64,000 nt of DNA. Origin: Mobula hypostoma (Eukaryota). Positions 38,972-52,599 of the stretch are shown here, one piece after another (position 1 is the stretch's first letter; the number at the start of each line of letters is the position of its first letter). A program made the position numbers and the translations under genes. Under the pieces are notes generated by a model that worked only from the letters and a program-made list of their open reading frames with translations, did no database searches and was not told the DNA's origin. Where the stretch lies: the NCBI RefSeq assembly GCF_963921235.1, contig NC_086108.1:75332001-75396000 (forward strand), given 5' to 3'.

Positions 38972-39050
38972 CTGGGGTTTACAACCTAGGGTCCACAGAC
39001 CCCTTGGTTAAAGGTAAGGGTCCATGGCATAAAAAGGGTTTGGAACTCCT
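38972..39050. mobile_element. Tiny degraded hAT-Charlie-type MITE
   Basis: Ends ctggggtttacaacct / gggtttggaactcctg resemble Charlie-type CAGGGGT TIRs. Confidence 0.55.
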
Positions 39051-39135
39051 GCTCTAGTCGAATGTAATAGTTACCGGCTTAAGTCCTCTACACAAGTGTT
39101 TAAGAGGAAATGCTTACTCCATGCTCCTACTACTG

Positions 39136-40336
39136 CAGCGGTCCTCAACCACCGGGCCGCGAGGAAACGATATGATTTGGCGATATGAGTCAGCTGCACC
39201 TTTCCTCATTCCCTGTCACACACTGTTGAGCCATTACGCATGCACGGTCATTATCCGCGCGTCATCCATGTCAGCGCGGGAAGGAGATCAGCTCCTCAAG
39301 CTTGCAAATGACGGTGGGCTGAAAAGTATGTTTGACATAACATCTCTGCCGGCATTCTGGATCAAAGTCAAGGGAAAATATCCTGAGATAGCCACGAAAG
39401 CACTGAAAACGTTGCTTCCAACATATTTCTGCGAAGCGGAGTTTTCTGCAATGAATGCAACGAAAACTAAATTGCAGAATAGACTGGACATAAGGAACCC
39501 CCTTCAAGTATTGATGTCTCCCATCACCCCTCGATAGGACCGTCTTGTTGCAGGGAAACAAGCCCAGGTATCCCACTGATTCAGCGATATTGGTGTGTTG
39601 CAATGGTTTTATATGTTCATACGGGGAAAATATGCGCTGTGTGTTTAATATCCAGGCGTTACTTAAAATGTCATGATGCTATTGACTTACTTATATAACC
39701 ATATAACTATTACAGCACGGAAACAGGCCATCTCGGCCCTTCTCGTCCGTGCCGAACGCTACTCTCACCTAGTCCCACCGACCTGCACTCAGCCCATAAC
39801 CCTCCATTCCTTTCCTGTCCATATACCTGTCCAATTTTTCTTTAAATGATAATATCGAACCTGTTTCTACTACTTTTACTGGAAGCTCATTCAACACTTA
39901 CTTCAAGCTCCCCTGTCCTCCCCGATAATTGACTTATCACTGTATTCATGCGAGGAAAATATGCGCTGTGTGTTAAATATTAAATTCGTTAGCTAAACCC
40001 TTTTAGAAACAAAACTGAGTGTATTAGCCACTCATCACCGATATTCCGGTCGTGATTAACACCCCCCCCCCCACGAACAGAATCGCCAAAATCTACTTGC
40101 GGGGGGGGGCGGGTAAAATCGGCAGGTACACGCATGCACAGGTCACGCATGCGCACTGGTACATGCGCAAGGCTTCATGCTCATTGTAGTCTTTCTCGGG
40201 GTAAACACAACGTATTTGACTGCTACTCTCTTGTCCGTTGGCAATCCTCCCCCCCCCCACCCCCCTGGTCGGCCGGTCCGCAAGAATATTGTCAATATTA
40301 AACCAGTTCGCAGTGCAAAAAGGTTGGGGACCCCTG
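39136..40336 (+). mobile_element. hAT-Charlie non-autonomous DNA transposon containing a CR1 tail
   Basis: TIRs cagcggtcctcaacc / ggttggggacccctg. 8-bp TSD tactactg / tgctactg. hAT dimerisation remnant FWIKVKGKYPEIATKALKTLLP..TYFCEAEFS..KTKLQNRLD. Confidence 0.9.
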
Positions 40337-40409
40337 TGCTACTGGGATTATGTCCAATTTGTGGGGCATTCAGAGCAACCATGTTGACACAGACAATGAT
40401 GCACAACAT

Positions 40410-41125
40410 TTAGACCATAATCATAAGACCATATGACATTTGGAGCATTACTGGGCCATTCAGCCCATTGATTCTGTTCCGCCATTCCATCATGGCTGAT
40501 GTATTACCCTCCTCAACCCCATTCTTCTGCCTTCTCCCCATAACCTATGATGCCCTTTCTAATCAAGTACCTATCAATCTTTACACTAAATGAATTGGTC
40601 TCCACAGCCGTCTGTGGTAATGAATTTCCACAGGTTCTCCACCCTCTGGCTAAAGAAATTCCTCTTCATCTCTGTTCAAAAAGGAACTCCCCTCTATTCT
40701 GAGGATTTACTCTCTGATCTACATGCACCCACTACAGGAAACATTCTCTTCACATCCACTCTATCTAGGCCTTCAAATGTTCAATATGTTTCAATGAGAT
40801 CCCCCTCATTCTTCTAAAATCCAGTGAGTACAAGCCCAGAGCCATCAAACATTCCTCATATGTTAACCCTTTCATTTCCAGAACCATTCTTATGAATCTC
40901 ATCTGGACGCTCTCCAATGCCAGCACATCTTTTCTTAGATATGGGGCACAGAACTGCTCACAATACTCCAAGTGCAGTCTGACCAATGCCTTGTAAAACC
41001 TCAGCATTACATCCTTGCTTCTATATTCTAATCCTTTTAAAATGAATGCTAACATTTCATTTGCCTTCCTTACCACAACTCAACTTGCAGCTTAATCCTT
41101 AGGGAATTATGCACGAGGACTTCCA
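40410..41125 (-). mobile_element. CR1 3' fragment
   Basis: RLFYKALVRLHLEYC-like frame (40765-41076) and (gaccata)n tail. Confidence 0.9.
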
Positions 41126-42629
41126 GACTTATCACAAGATGTATTACTTTCTAGTTTTTGGCATTATATTTTACCTGATTTCTGTCCATCCACTTAAAGG
41201 CTATCATTATCTACTTTTTTTTACAAAAAAAATGGAGGCGTAATAAAACATATCAATTTTTTTTTGTTCTGTTCCCGGAAGATGAAGTGCTAAAACTAGA
41301 AGAGGACCTGAGACTTCAATGAAATAACATCTCATTCAGTTAAAGTTTTGATAAGAAGAGCATGAGTCCATAATGAAATGTATTTGTGATGATATTCAAT
41401 GTACTTTTATTACTTCTTAGAGCTTTAGAGCTTATAGCATATACTGTACAATTCAGTACATATGTTATACAAGATAGTTGGTAAGTTGGAAAGTAGGATA
41501 GTATTGATGACATTTCTAAACTGAAGTACCTAGTTTGTTATTGAAACACACTAGAGAAAAATTAAAACTTTAGTTTAGAAAGGTTCAGAGTTAAAAATAA
41601 AACGAATGGAAGAGGTCAAGATATTCTAAACATGGACCTAATTGATATGATGAATTAACTACAGAAAATAGCTCTTTTAATAACATTCTTAAGTTCAAAA
41701 TTGGTCTGATGACTAAAATTTCTGGTTATTATACTTTAAATCAGCTGCTGTTATTATGAACACGGTGCTTTATCTTTAATTTGCACTGCCAATGAGTTAT
41801 ATTTATTTTGTGCATGTACATAAAAAGCCATATGTTTGGATGCAAGGTTTTATTATATGAATAGATAGTCCAAGGACTAATACAATGCAGAGAAAGTGGA
41901 AAAAATTACCTCTCAGAGGATAGTGTTTTATAAAAAAAAGTCTTATTCTAACTTGTCTTTCAAAATATACCCTCTCAAACAACCCATCTCTTGGTCTCTG
42001 CTTGTCATTATTAGAAATAATTTGTAGAACGTTTTGTTTTGTCACTGCCTCCTATGGCTTCCCTCTGACAGTGCAGCCAAAATAGAAACCTTGTCACACA
42101 GAGAACTGCAAACTTATTTTGCATGACATGGCACATCACAATGAATGCCAATCCACTACCTGTTTTCAGAGAGGCAACATTTAATATCCTTCTTGCTGCT
42201 GATTCCTTTATAGTAAAAGCCCATTATCCTCAGAGATTAGAATGTAAAACTGTAAACCTGTCAGTTATCCAAAGGCTGATGTTCATATAGGACTATCTTT
42301 AACTTTCTCCAACATATGAGGACATCATATTTTGAAATGTTCCAGCCTGCAGCAGAAGTGTAGGGAGAATAACCTGAATAACTTATTTAAGGGTGTTTTT
42401 TGGCAGGAAGCATAGTCATCTGGACAGCTGGCAAGAAAATAACTTCCCATTTTAAGAGTGAAATCAATTCCTTTAAGAAAACCTACTTTAACAGGAAGAA
42501 AAAAACAATCACTAAGTTTAACATTTTTCTGTTACTCTTCTTCTCCTACTTTCATGGTCAAATATTGACTGACATTGTCAGAAAATTGACTTGGTATTAC
42601 GTGACCTTCAATTTTTAAAATAGCCTTTG

Positions 42630-42885
42630 TACTTCACACAAAATGCTGGAGAAACTCAACGGAATAAACAATGAACTCTACAGGAACTCGACAATGAATA
42701 AATAGTCGACTTTTCAGGCCAAGACTCTTCATCAGGACTGGAAAGGAAGGGGGAAGATGTCAGAATAAGAAGGTTGGTGTGGGAAGAAGGACAAGCTGGA
42801 AGGTAGTAGATGAAGCAAGTGGAAGGGTGAGGGGAGTTGAAGTAAGAATTTGGAAGATGATAAGAGGAAAAATCAAAGGGCTGTC
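42630..42885 (-). mobile_element. Penelope tail fragment
   Basis: Reverse complement of the shared PLE tail. Confidence 0.7.
42703..42740 (-). ncRNA. Minimal hammerhead-like motif (CUGAUGA and GAAA intact)
   Basis: Minus strand: cagtc-ctgatga-agag-tcttgg-cct-gaaa-agtc-gacta. Confidence 0.65.
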
Positions 42886-43065
42886 TCCACTTACCCTTGC
42901 CAACCCTCACTGAGTACGACTACAGTCCCAACAACATGGATAAAATCTCAATTTCTGAAGCTGCACATGATCATTCACACCCCAAAGTGCAAGCTAACAA
43001 GATACTCCACTTGACCCTTCTGCTAAGATTCACCAGTTTCTTGTCAGATACACTATCCATATGCA

Positions 43066-45921
43066 TAAGACCACAAGACATAGGAGCAGAATTAAGCCAT
43101 TCAGCCCATCAAGTTGTCTCCATCAGAGCGCAGTGTGCGCAGCCTCTCCGGTGAAATGATATCGTATTTGTTAAATAGGGTACCGTGCACAATTCTGATT
43201 TGATGGAGATAGCTGTGAGAAGCATGGAGAAACATCTGGAGAAACTTCTGAAATGCCCGGTTGGCTGCTGCTGCTACTGTGCGATCGAGAATCTCCGGAG
43301 GGAAGGCCCCAAATCCTCGGCTTTGCCTGTTGCCTGTTGCCGGGGCTGGGGTTGAAGCGCTCAGCAGAGATGGTGCTCGGTGCTCAGTGTCGGAGGGCTG
43401 GTCAGAGGCTCGAAGTTTTCGGACTGTGGTCGGGCATGGCAGGGAGAGTTTTCTTCCTTCTCTCATCTGCATGAGATGTGGGACTTTCAAGAGACTTTGA
43501 ACTTTTTTTACCATGCCCATGGCCTGTTCTTCATCAAGTTACAGTATTGCTTGCACTGTTGTAACTATATGTTATAATTATGTGGTTTTTGTCAGTTTTT
43601 CAATCTTGGTCTGTCCTGTGTTTCTGTGATATCACACGGGAGGAATATTGTATCATTTCTTAATGCATGCATTACTAAATGACAATAAAAGAGGCCTGCA
43701 TGTCCTCATAATCCAATCTAATCTAATCTAACCATTCCATCAAGGCTGATCCCGGATCCACTCAACCCCATACACCTACCTTCTCGCCATATCCATTGAT
43801 GCCCTGACCGATCAGGAAACTATCAACTTCCGCCTTAAATATACCCACAGACTGGGACTCTACTGAAGTCTATGGCAGAGCATTCCACAGATTTACTACA
43901 CTCTGGCTAAAAAAATTCCTCCTTACTTCTGTTTTAAAAGGTTGCCCCTCAATTTTGAGGCTGTGGTCTCTAGTTCTGGATACCCCCACCATAGGAAACA
44001 TCCTCTCCACATCCACCCTATCTAGCCCTTTCAACATCCGGTAAGTTTCAATGAGATCCCCCCCCCGCATTCTTCTAAATTCCAGTGAGTACAGGCCTAA
44101 AGCTGCCAAATTCTCCTCATATGTTATCCCCTTCATTCCCAGAATCATCTTCGTGAACCTCCTCTGGACTCTCTACAATGACAACAAATCCTTTCTGAGA
44201 TATGAGGCCCAAAACTGTTGACAATACTCCTGACTAGTGTCTTATAAAGCTTCAGCGTTATCTCCTTACTTTTATATTCTATTCCCCTTTAAATAAATGC
44301 CAACATTGCACTTGTCTTCTTTACCATGGACTCAACCTGTAAATTAACCTTCTGGGAGTCTTGCGCAAGGACTCATAAGTCCCTTTGCACCTCAGGTATT
44401 TGAACCTTTTCCCCATTTAGACAATAGTCTGCGCTATTGTTCCTTCTTCTAAAATTTGTTATCATACATTTCCCAACACTGTATTCCATCTGCCACTTTT
44501 TGCCCGTTCTTCCAATTTGTCTGTCCTGCTGCAATCACATTGCTTCTTCAGCACTAACTACCCCTCCATCTATCTTTGCATCATCCATAAACTTTGCCAT
44601 AAAGCCATCAATTCCATTATCTAAATCATTGGCAAGCAATGTGAAAAGTAGCGATTCCAATACTGATCCCTGAGGCACACCACAAGTCACTGGCAGCCAA
44701 CCAGAAAAGGCCCCTTTTATTCTCACTCGTTGCCTCCTGCCTGTCAGCCATTCCACTATCCATGCTGGTATCTTTCCTGTAACATCATAGGATTTTATCT
44801 TGTTAAACAGCCCCACGTGTGGCACCTTTTAAAGCGCCTTCTGAAAGTCCAAGTAAATGACTTCCACTGACTCTCCTTTGTCCACCCTGCTTGTTCCTTC
44901 CTCGAAGAACTCTAACAGATTTGTCAGGCAAGGTTTCCCTTTACAGAAACCATGCTGACTGACTTATTTTATCATTAGTCTCCAAGTACCTTGAAACCTC
45001 AAACTTAATAATAGACTCCAACTCTTTCCCAACCACTGAGGTTAGGCATAATGGCCTATAATTTCCTTTCTTTTGCCTTTCTCCCTTCTTAAGGAGTGGA
45101 GTGACATTTGCAATCTTCCAATCCTCGGGACCATGCCAGAATCAAGTGATTCTTGAAAGATCATGACCAATGCATTAGTTATCTCTTCAGCAACCTCTCT
45201 CAGGACTCTGGGATGTAGTCCATAACCTTAAGACCTTTGAGCCTTGTATTTTTTCCTTCATAATAGCAATGGTACTCACTTTATAATAGCAATAGTACTC
45301 ACTTCTGCTCCCTGACACTCACAGACCTCTGGCATACTGCTGGTGTCTTCCATAGTGAAGATGGATGCAAAGTACTCGTTAATTTCATCTGTCATTTCTT
45401 TTACCCCATTACTGCCTCACCAGCTTCTTTTTCCAGTGGCCCAATATTAACTCTCACTTCCCTTTTACTCTTTATATAACTGAAAAAACTTTTGGTATCC
45501 TGCTTTATATTACTGGCTAGTCTGCCCTCATATCTCATCTTTTCCCTTATCGTATTTTCAGTTGCTTTTTGTTGGATTTTAAAAGCTTCCCAATCATCCA
45601 ATTTCCCACTCACTTTTGCAAATCTTATATGCCCTTTCCTTGGCTTTTATGCAGTCCTTAACTTCCTTTGTCAGCCGTGATGCCTACCCCTGCCATTTGA
45701 GAACTTCTTCCTCTGTGGGACATATCTATCCAGCGCCTTGTGGACTATTCCCAGAAACTTCAGCCATCTCTACTCTTCCATCATCCCCACCAGTATCCCT
45801 CTCCAATCCACCTGGGCAAGATCCTCTGTCATGCCTCTGTAATTCCCTTTATTCCATTGTGATGCAGATACATGTGAGTTATGCTTCCCCCTCTCAAATT
45901 GCAGTATGTATTCAATTATAT
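43066..45921 (-). mobile_element. Long CR1 fragment (interrupted at 43121-43730)
   Basis: GVPQGSVLESLLF, RNFFSQSVVNLWNALP and IKQDTKSFFSYIKSKR motifs. Confidence 0.9.
43121..43730 (+). mobile_element. Unclassified non-autonomous retroelement with (atcta)n tail
   Basis: Interrupts the CR1 tail. CpG-rich body, AATAAA at ~43684, ends aatctaatctaatcta. Confidence 0.6.
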
Positions 45922-46545
45922 TTTGTGGAGTTCGTGGAGAGACTTTTCAGGAACAATCATGCTGACTTAGCACCCTCAGTAGGTCACGACAAAGTAAACT
46001 GGTACTTGCCCAACTTCAGTGTTTACCATCCCCAGAAAGTTGCACAAGTATGGGTTGTCTTTGATTCAAGTGCACAGTTCAAAAGCATATCACTGAACAA
46101 TGTGCTCTTGTGGGGTCCAGACAACAAGTCTGCTTGTGGTCCTCATGCATTTCAGAAATGACTCCGTCACAGTGATGGCATGCATCAAACAAATGGTCCA
46201 CAGCTTTCCAGCGAGAGAAGATCATCGAGACTATCTCAGATTGTTGTGACTTTGTGACTGCCAATTGGACAACAAGATTTTGAAATACCACATGAGAGTA
46301 CTTGGTAACTGTCTCTCACCCACTGCAGCAATCTATGGCCTTAAGAGGACAGCTGTCAGGGGAGAGAAAGGATTCAGGACTGAAGCATGGAGGTAATTAG
46401 AAAGACATATCTATGTTGATGACCTTCTTAAATAATTTTCTTGTGCAGAAGAAGCAATCAGCGAGCTGAAAGCAGCGCAAGGTATATTAGCACAGTCTAA
46501 TCACAGACTGCATAAGATCACATCCAACAGTGCTGAAGTCATGCA

Positions 46546-47163
46546 AAGTACCTGGGGATACCTATTGACAATAAACTGGACTGGTCAAAGAACACTGAGG
46601 TTGTCTACAAGAAAGGTCAGAGCCGTCTCTATTTCCTGAGGAGACTGAGGTTCTTTAACATCTGTCGGACGTTGCTGAGGATGTTCTACTGGTCTGTGGT
46701 GGCCAGTGCTATCATGTTTGCTGTTGTGTGCTGGGGCAGCAGGCTAAGGGTAGCAGACACCAACAGAATCAACAAACTCATTCGTAAGGCCAGTGATGTT
46801 GTGGGGAGGGAACTGGATTCTTTGACGGTGGTGTCTGAAAAGAGGATGCTGTCCAAGTTGCATGCCATCTTGAACAATGTCTCCCATCCACTACATAATG
46901 GACTGGTTGGGCACAGGAGTACATTCAGCCAGAGACTCATTCCACCGAGATGCAACACTGAGCGTCATAGAAAGTCATTCCTGCCTGTGGCCATCAAACT
47001 TTACAACTCCTCCCTTGGAGGATCAGACACCCTGAGCCAATAGGCTGGTCCTGGATTTATTTCCTGGCATAATTTACATATTACTATTTAATTATTTATG
47101 GTGCAACTGTAATGAAAACCAATTTCCCTCGGGATCAATAAAGTATGACTATGATTATGACTA
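46546..47163 (+). mobile_element. Rex1/Babar-type LINE 3' fragment, fairly young
   Basis: KYLG..DNKLDWSKNT..KKGQSRLYFLRRLR..HPLH..SFLPVAIKLYN, then AATAAA and a (tatgac)n tail. Confidence 0.88.
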
Positions 47164-48545
47164 TGTTTCTCATCTGAAGATCTGGCCAAAGGTTTATAGA
47201 AGCTTGATCTTAGACAGGATCTCCCTCCTATGCAGTACAGCCTGGGCCTTGGATAGGATCTTGTTACCAACACTTTACTTTCCAGGCCACTAATATTGAA
47301 AGACTCCTATACGCCATGGCGTACTATCGACTATCAGCAGCCTACTTGACCCTCATGGATTTGTTGCTCAAGTCAGCATCCAGAGATGATTCATGCTTAG
47401 AGTGTTGACCTCAAACATTTGTGGATGGATGTCCCACTTCTTGAAGAGAAGCATGAGCAGTGGCAGCAGTGGCTTGAAAATTCCAATGACTGACACAATT
47501 CCACAGCTCAAAAGGAAGATATGCACATCTTTTGTGATGCACCAACTAAAGCTGTTGCTGCTGTTGCATACCTGAAGGTTACAGATACTCTAGATATAGC
47601 AAATTGGATTAATCCTGGCTTGCTCTCAAACCAGATTTAACCACACCAAGGCTTGAGCCTGGTGCTGCCGTCAAAGTAAAGAGATCTCATTAAAAACCCA
47701 GAAGAAGGCTTCCATCTTGGGTGATTTTTGAGAAGTTGTTCAGCTCACTTCACAGCTGTGTACGTTTGCATATTGATGGCAGTAGAATTTTGGTAAATAA
47801 AGAGTGAATATTTCCAGAGGTAGAACTGTGGATAACAGAAGGACACAGAAGTTACTAGAAGAATCAGAATTGAAGTAAGAAAAAAAATAATTTTTGATGT
47901 GAGTTGTTATCTGGAAAGCATTGCCTGAAATTTTGGTGGAAAATGTCCAATAATAGCTTTCAAAGGGCAATTGTGTAAGTATATGAAGGAGAAAAAATTT
48001 TCAGAGCTACTAAGAAATAGTGAGGGACAGGAGTTAATTTTCAACATCCTTTCTAGAGCTAACAAAGCATAATATGCCAATTGACCACCATGTGGTTCAA
48101 GTTACATGTGAAGTTCTGTTATCATCTGGTTAATTATACAATGGCCAAACAATACTACAGTGACACGTCCTCAAATTAACGTGAAGGGGAGGCAAATGAA
48201 GAGGGTTCATGTGAGTTGAGGGGGATGATGTGAAGAGGCAGTCGAGCGATGTGCATGAGTTGAGGAGAGTGTGATGAAGAAATGGGATCTGGGAAGGGGA
48301 GCTGTAAAGGGGAAGATGTAGGGGTGAATGAAAGAGCAGGAGTGGGAGAGCTGTGGAAGGAAGTATGCTGAGAGGAATTGCAATTCTTTCTTGTTGGATA
48401 ATCTTTGATCAACGACTTCGCTGTCTCAATCACATGTGGTAACTGGTGAGCAATGGCCACCCCACATTAGAAAAATTCATGCACAAGCATCTTCCATTTC
48501 TCAGAACTAGTGTGGAAGCAGAATCAGATTTACTATCACTAACAT

Positions 48546-48872
48546 ACACTCAGTGGCCACCATACACCTGTACACCTGCTCGTTAATACAAATATCTAAT
48601 CAGACAATTATGTGCCAGCAACTCAATGCATAAAAACACGTAGACATGGGCAAAAGGTTCAGCTATTGTTCAGACTAAACATCAAAATGGAGGTGAAATG
48701 TTATCTAAAGGGTGATTGTTGGCTTGAAACAAATGGGGTGCTCTGCGTATCTCAGAAACTGCTGACCTCCCAGGATATTCATGCACAACAGTCTCTAGAG
48801 TTTACAAAGAATGGTGCGAAAAACAAAAGAAAAACATCCAGTCAGCAGCAGTTCTGTGGGCAAAAATGCTGA
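48546..48872 (+). mobile_element. Partial Tc1-like element (same family as 30658-31234)
   Basis: Left TIR tacactcagtggcc and colinear body; no right TIR. Confidence 0.8.
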
Positions 48873-48959
48873 CCATTAAGTTTTAGTTCTTGGAAACAGT
48901 CACTGAATTGCTTATGTTCTAGCCCATTCCCAAAGAAAGCTGATTGCATCAAATGAAGG

Positions 48960-49190
48960 AGTAGCACGGTGTGAGTCAGTAAGATGGAGCAGAGAAACAA
49001 CAGTCAGAGCTGTTACCTCCGAGCTCCAAGCATCCGATTTGATCCTGACCTCCCAGGCTCTCTGTGTAGACCTTACACTGCTCTTTGTGAACAAGTACCT
49101 TTCCTCTCCATAGTCTGGTTTTCTTCCACCTCCCAAAGATATCCAGATGCATTTATAGTCTACTGTAAATTGATCTTAGTGTAAGTGGAT
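48960..49190 (+). mobile_element. Degraded V-SINE-like element
   Basis: ggttttcttccacctcccaaaga...ctgtaaattg V-domain-like remnant. Confidence 0.5.
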
Positions 49191-49462
49191 GAAGAACTGA
49201 AGAAGATGACAGGCAAGGAAATAAGGTTGGCAGAGAACGCAGCAGGAAATGAAACTGCTGGGATAGCTCCAGGCTGACAAAAGTTCTATCTTATCTCCAA
49301 AGGAAGCTGAAGTCACATCTAATTAAAAGGTAGCAAACAGTCCGAATCAGGACAGCATAATGGGATGGAGTTGGGATGAATGGTCTCTTTCCACATCATA
49401 AGGAAGTAGTCAAGTTCATTAGAGGTTCAGGGATGCCCCCAGCAGAATGGTGCTATTCATCC

Positions 49463-49770
49463 AATAGACAATAGACAGTAGGTGCAGGAGTAGGCCATTT
49501 GGCCCTTCGAGCCAGCACTGCCATTCACTGTGATCATGGCTGATCATCCACAATCAGTATCCAGTTCCTACCTTATCCCCATAAACTTTGATTCCGCTAT
49601 CTTTAAGAGCTCTATCCATCTCTTTCTTGAAAACATCCAGAGACTTGGCCTCCACAGCCTTCTGGGGCAGAGTATTCCACATATCCACCACTCTCTGGGT
49701 GAAAAAGTTTTTCCTCAACTCCATTCTGAATGGCCTACCTCTTATTCTTAACCTGTGGCCTCTGGTTCCA
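49463..49770 (-). mobile_element. CR1 3' end
   Basis: (caataga)n tail, gtaggccatttggccc, ccactctctgggtgaaaaag. Confidence 0.85.
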
Positions 49771-49779
49771 CATCACAGC

Positions 49780-50300
49780 AAGATCCACATCAAGATTCAG
49801 CCTTCAGGATTGTTCATTGTCATTCTTCGGTACATGATTACAAAGGAGAATAAAATGATTCTTTAACTCTGGATCTGATGCAGTTTAAAAAATACAATAA
49901 GCATAAAGAACACAATAAAAACACAATTAATATAAATATAAAACAATCCTTGAAACACAATGTGCAAGCAACTGTTACGTACATAGAATGATTGTAAGTA
50001 CATAAAGTGACATTAGGTGTTGTGTATGTCATAGTGATGGGGCAGTGATGTGATTAATAGGTGGAGGTGTTAATCAGCCTAATGGTTCGGGGGTAGTAAC
50101 TGCTTTTGTGTCTAGTGGTGCTGACATAGATGCTGTGTAGTCACTTCCCCGACAGGGGTGAGACAAACAGTTCAGAATTGGGATTGTTCAGGATCTTGCT
50201 GGCCTTTTCCTGGCACCTTTCAGTGCAAGGGGAAAGTAAGTCATAGAGTCGTGTGTGGTGTCTCCAATCTACAGTATCATCTGGTGGGACATTGCCCCTG
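49780..50300 (-). mobile_element. Degraded Rex1-type 3' fragment
   Basis: Reverse complement resembles the Rex1 LLPSGRRY region and tail. Confidence 0.55.
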
Positions 50301-50504
50301 GCATGGAACCTTGCAAATTTCCACTACACAGAATTCCATTCCAACAAACTCAAAAGGGACAACAGGTGAGCTTCCCTGATTTCAATGAATTCTGCATATT
50401 TGTACCTTCAGAAATTGACTTGTCCCTGCACCAATTATAAACTAAACACTGTGTATACCATAAATCATTGCCTAGATCTCTCACAATTATTAAGTTATTT
50501 AATT

Positions 50505-50930
50505 ATTAAATTATTAGGTCTTTATTCTTTGGAGCGTAGAAGGTTGAGGGGGGACTTGATAGAGGTGTTTAAAATTATGAGGGGGATTGATAGAGTTGAC
50601 GTGGATAGGCTTTTTCCATTGAGAGTGGGGAAGCTTCAAACAAGAGGACATGAGTTAAGAGTTAAAGGACAAAAGTTTAGGGGTAACATGAGGGGGAACT
50701 TCTTTACTCAGAGAATGGTGGCTGGGTGGAATGAGCTTCCAGCAGAAGTGGTTGAGGCAGGCACAATGTTGTTGTTTAAGGTTAAATTGGATAGCTATAT
50801 GGACAGGAAAGGAATGGAGGGTTATGGGCTGAGTGCAGGTCAGTGGGACTACGTAAGAGTAAGAGTTCAGCATGGACTAGAAGGGCCGAGATGGCCTGTT
50901 TTCATGCTGTAATTGTTATATGGTAATATA
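50505..50930 (+). mobile_element. CR1 3' end
   Basis: LGLYSLERRRLRGDLIEVFKIMRG..TRGHELRV..NFFTQRMV. Confidence 0.92.
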
Positions 50931-51124
50931 GTTATCAGTAAACAGCATTTATCCACTCAATAAATCTAGAAGAAATTTCAAAAACAGTGTTTTTAGTGTT
51001 CATCATCAAAATGCATTCAAGTAAACTTTGCTTGTAGCTAAATTGTTGTGCAAGAGATATGCATTCAGTTAATCAGCCTCCAAACTTTCACCTTTTTAAA
51101 GCAACCTTCCAATATATTGACGGA

Positions 51125-52500
51125 GTCACAGAGTTATAGAGATGTACAGCACAGACACAGGCTCTTCAGTCTATCTAGTCCATGCCAAATCCATTTAAAC
51201 TGCCTTGTCCCATCAACTTGCAGGGGGACCATAGCCCTCTATACCCTACCATCCATGTGCCTATCCAAACTTCACTTACATGTTGAAATCGAGCTTGCAT
51301 GCACCACTTGTGCCAGTACCTTATCCCACACTCTCACAACCTTCTGAGTGAAGAGGTTTCCCCTCGTGCTCCCCTTACACTTTTCACCTTTCACCCTTAA
51401 CCCATGACCTCTGGTTGTAGCCCCACCCAACCTCAGTAGAAAAATCCTGCTTGCATTTGCCTTATATATACCCCTCATAATATTGTATACCTCTATCCAA
51501 TCTCCTCTCAATCTTCTGCATTCTAAGGAATACAGGCCTAGTCTATTTAATCTTTCCTTATAACTCAGGTCCTCCAGACCTGGCAATATCCTTGTAAATT
51601 TTCTCTGTACTTATTCAACCTTGTTTACATCATTCCTGTGGGTAGGTGGCCAAAACTACACACAATACTCCTAATTAGGCCTCAGAAATGTCTTTTACAA
51701 CTTCCACATAATAACCCATCTCCTGAACTCATTACATTGATTTATGAAGGTCAATGTGCCACAAGCTTTCTTTACAACCCAATCTACCCAAGACGCCACT
51801 TTAAATGAATTATGGACCTGTATTCCCAGATCCCTTTCTCCTGCCACACTTCTCAGTACCCCACCATTCACAGTGTAAGACCTACCCTGGTTGGTCCTAC
51901 TGAAATATAAAACCTCGTTCTTATCTGCATTAAATTCCATCACCCCTTTTTCAGCCCAGTTTTCCAGCTAATGCAGATCCCTCAGCAATCCATGATAGCC
52001 TTCCTTGCAGTCCACTACACTCCCGATCTTGATGTCATCCACAAATTTGTTGATCCAGTTAACCACATTATTATCCAGATCATTGTTATAGATGACAAAC
52101 AACAACGGACCCAGCACCGATCCCTGTGCCGCCCCACTAGTCACAGGCCTCCAGTCAGAGAGGTACGTATCTACTACCACTCTCTGGCTTCTCCCAAAAA
52201 GCCAATGTTTAATCCAATTTACTACCTCATCTTTAATGCTGTATGACAACCTTCTTGACCAGCCTTCCACGTGGGTCCTTGTCAAATGCCTTGCTAACGT
52301 CCATGTGGTCAACATGCACTACTTTGCGTTCATCCCCGGTAAATTCCTTGAAAAACTCTATAAGATTGGTTAGACATGACCTACCATGCATGAAGCCATG
52401 CTGACTAGCCTTAATCAGTCTACATCTGTCCAAGTATGGTCCCTTAGAATACCTTCCAATAACTTTCCCACAACTGATGTCAGACTCACCGACCTATTGC
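51125..52500 (-). mobile_element. CR1 RT fragment, frameshifted
   Basis: QHGFMHGRSCLTNL, QGSVLGPLLFVIY, FVDD and LYSLECRRLRGD in successive minus-strand frames. Confidence 0.92.
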
Positions 52501-52599
52501 ATTTCCTTTCACACGACGTTTCACAATCTTCTCCATGCTAATGCATGGGATAACAACATTAAGCTGTGGTACTGTAGTCTTCTTGGGGTGGAAATTAAA

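Larger units (their letters stand above)
42886..47735 (+). mobile_element. Second BEL/Pao remnant, split by CR1, an unclassified element and Rex1
   Basis: 42890-43065 matches 8000-8175. 45922-46545 has WYLPNFSVYHPQK..VVFDSSAQFKSISLNNVLL and YVDD. 47164-47670 matches 8230-8725. 47684-47735 resembles the LTR end. Confidence 0.8.

Noticed and set aside
39121..39537. 138-aa ORF as a ZBED/SCAND3-like host gene
   Set aside because: Only a hAT dimerisation fragment inside a TIR/TSD-bounded non-autonomous element.
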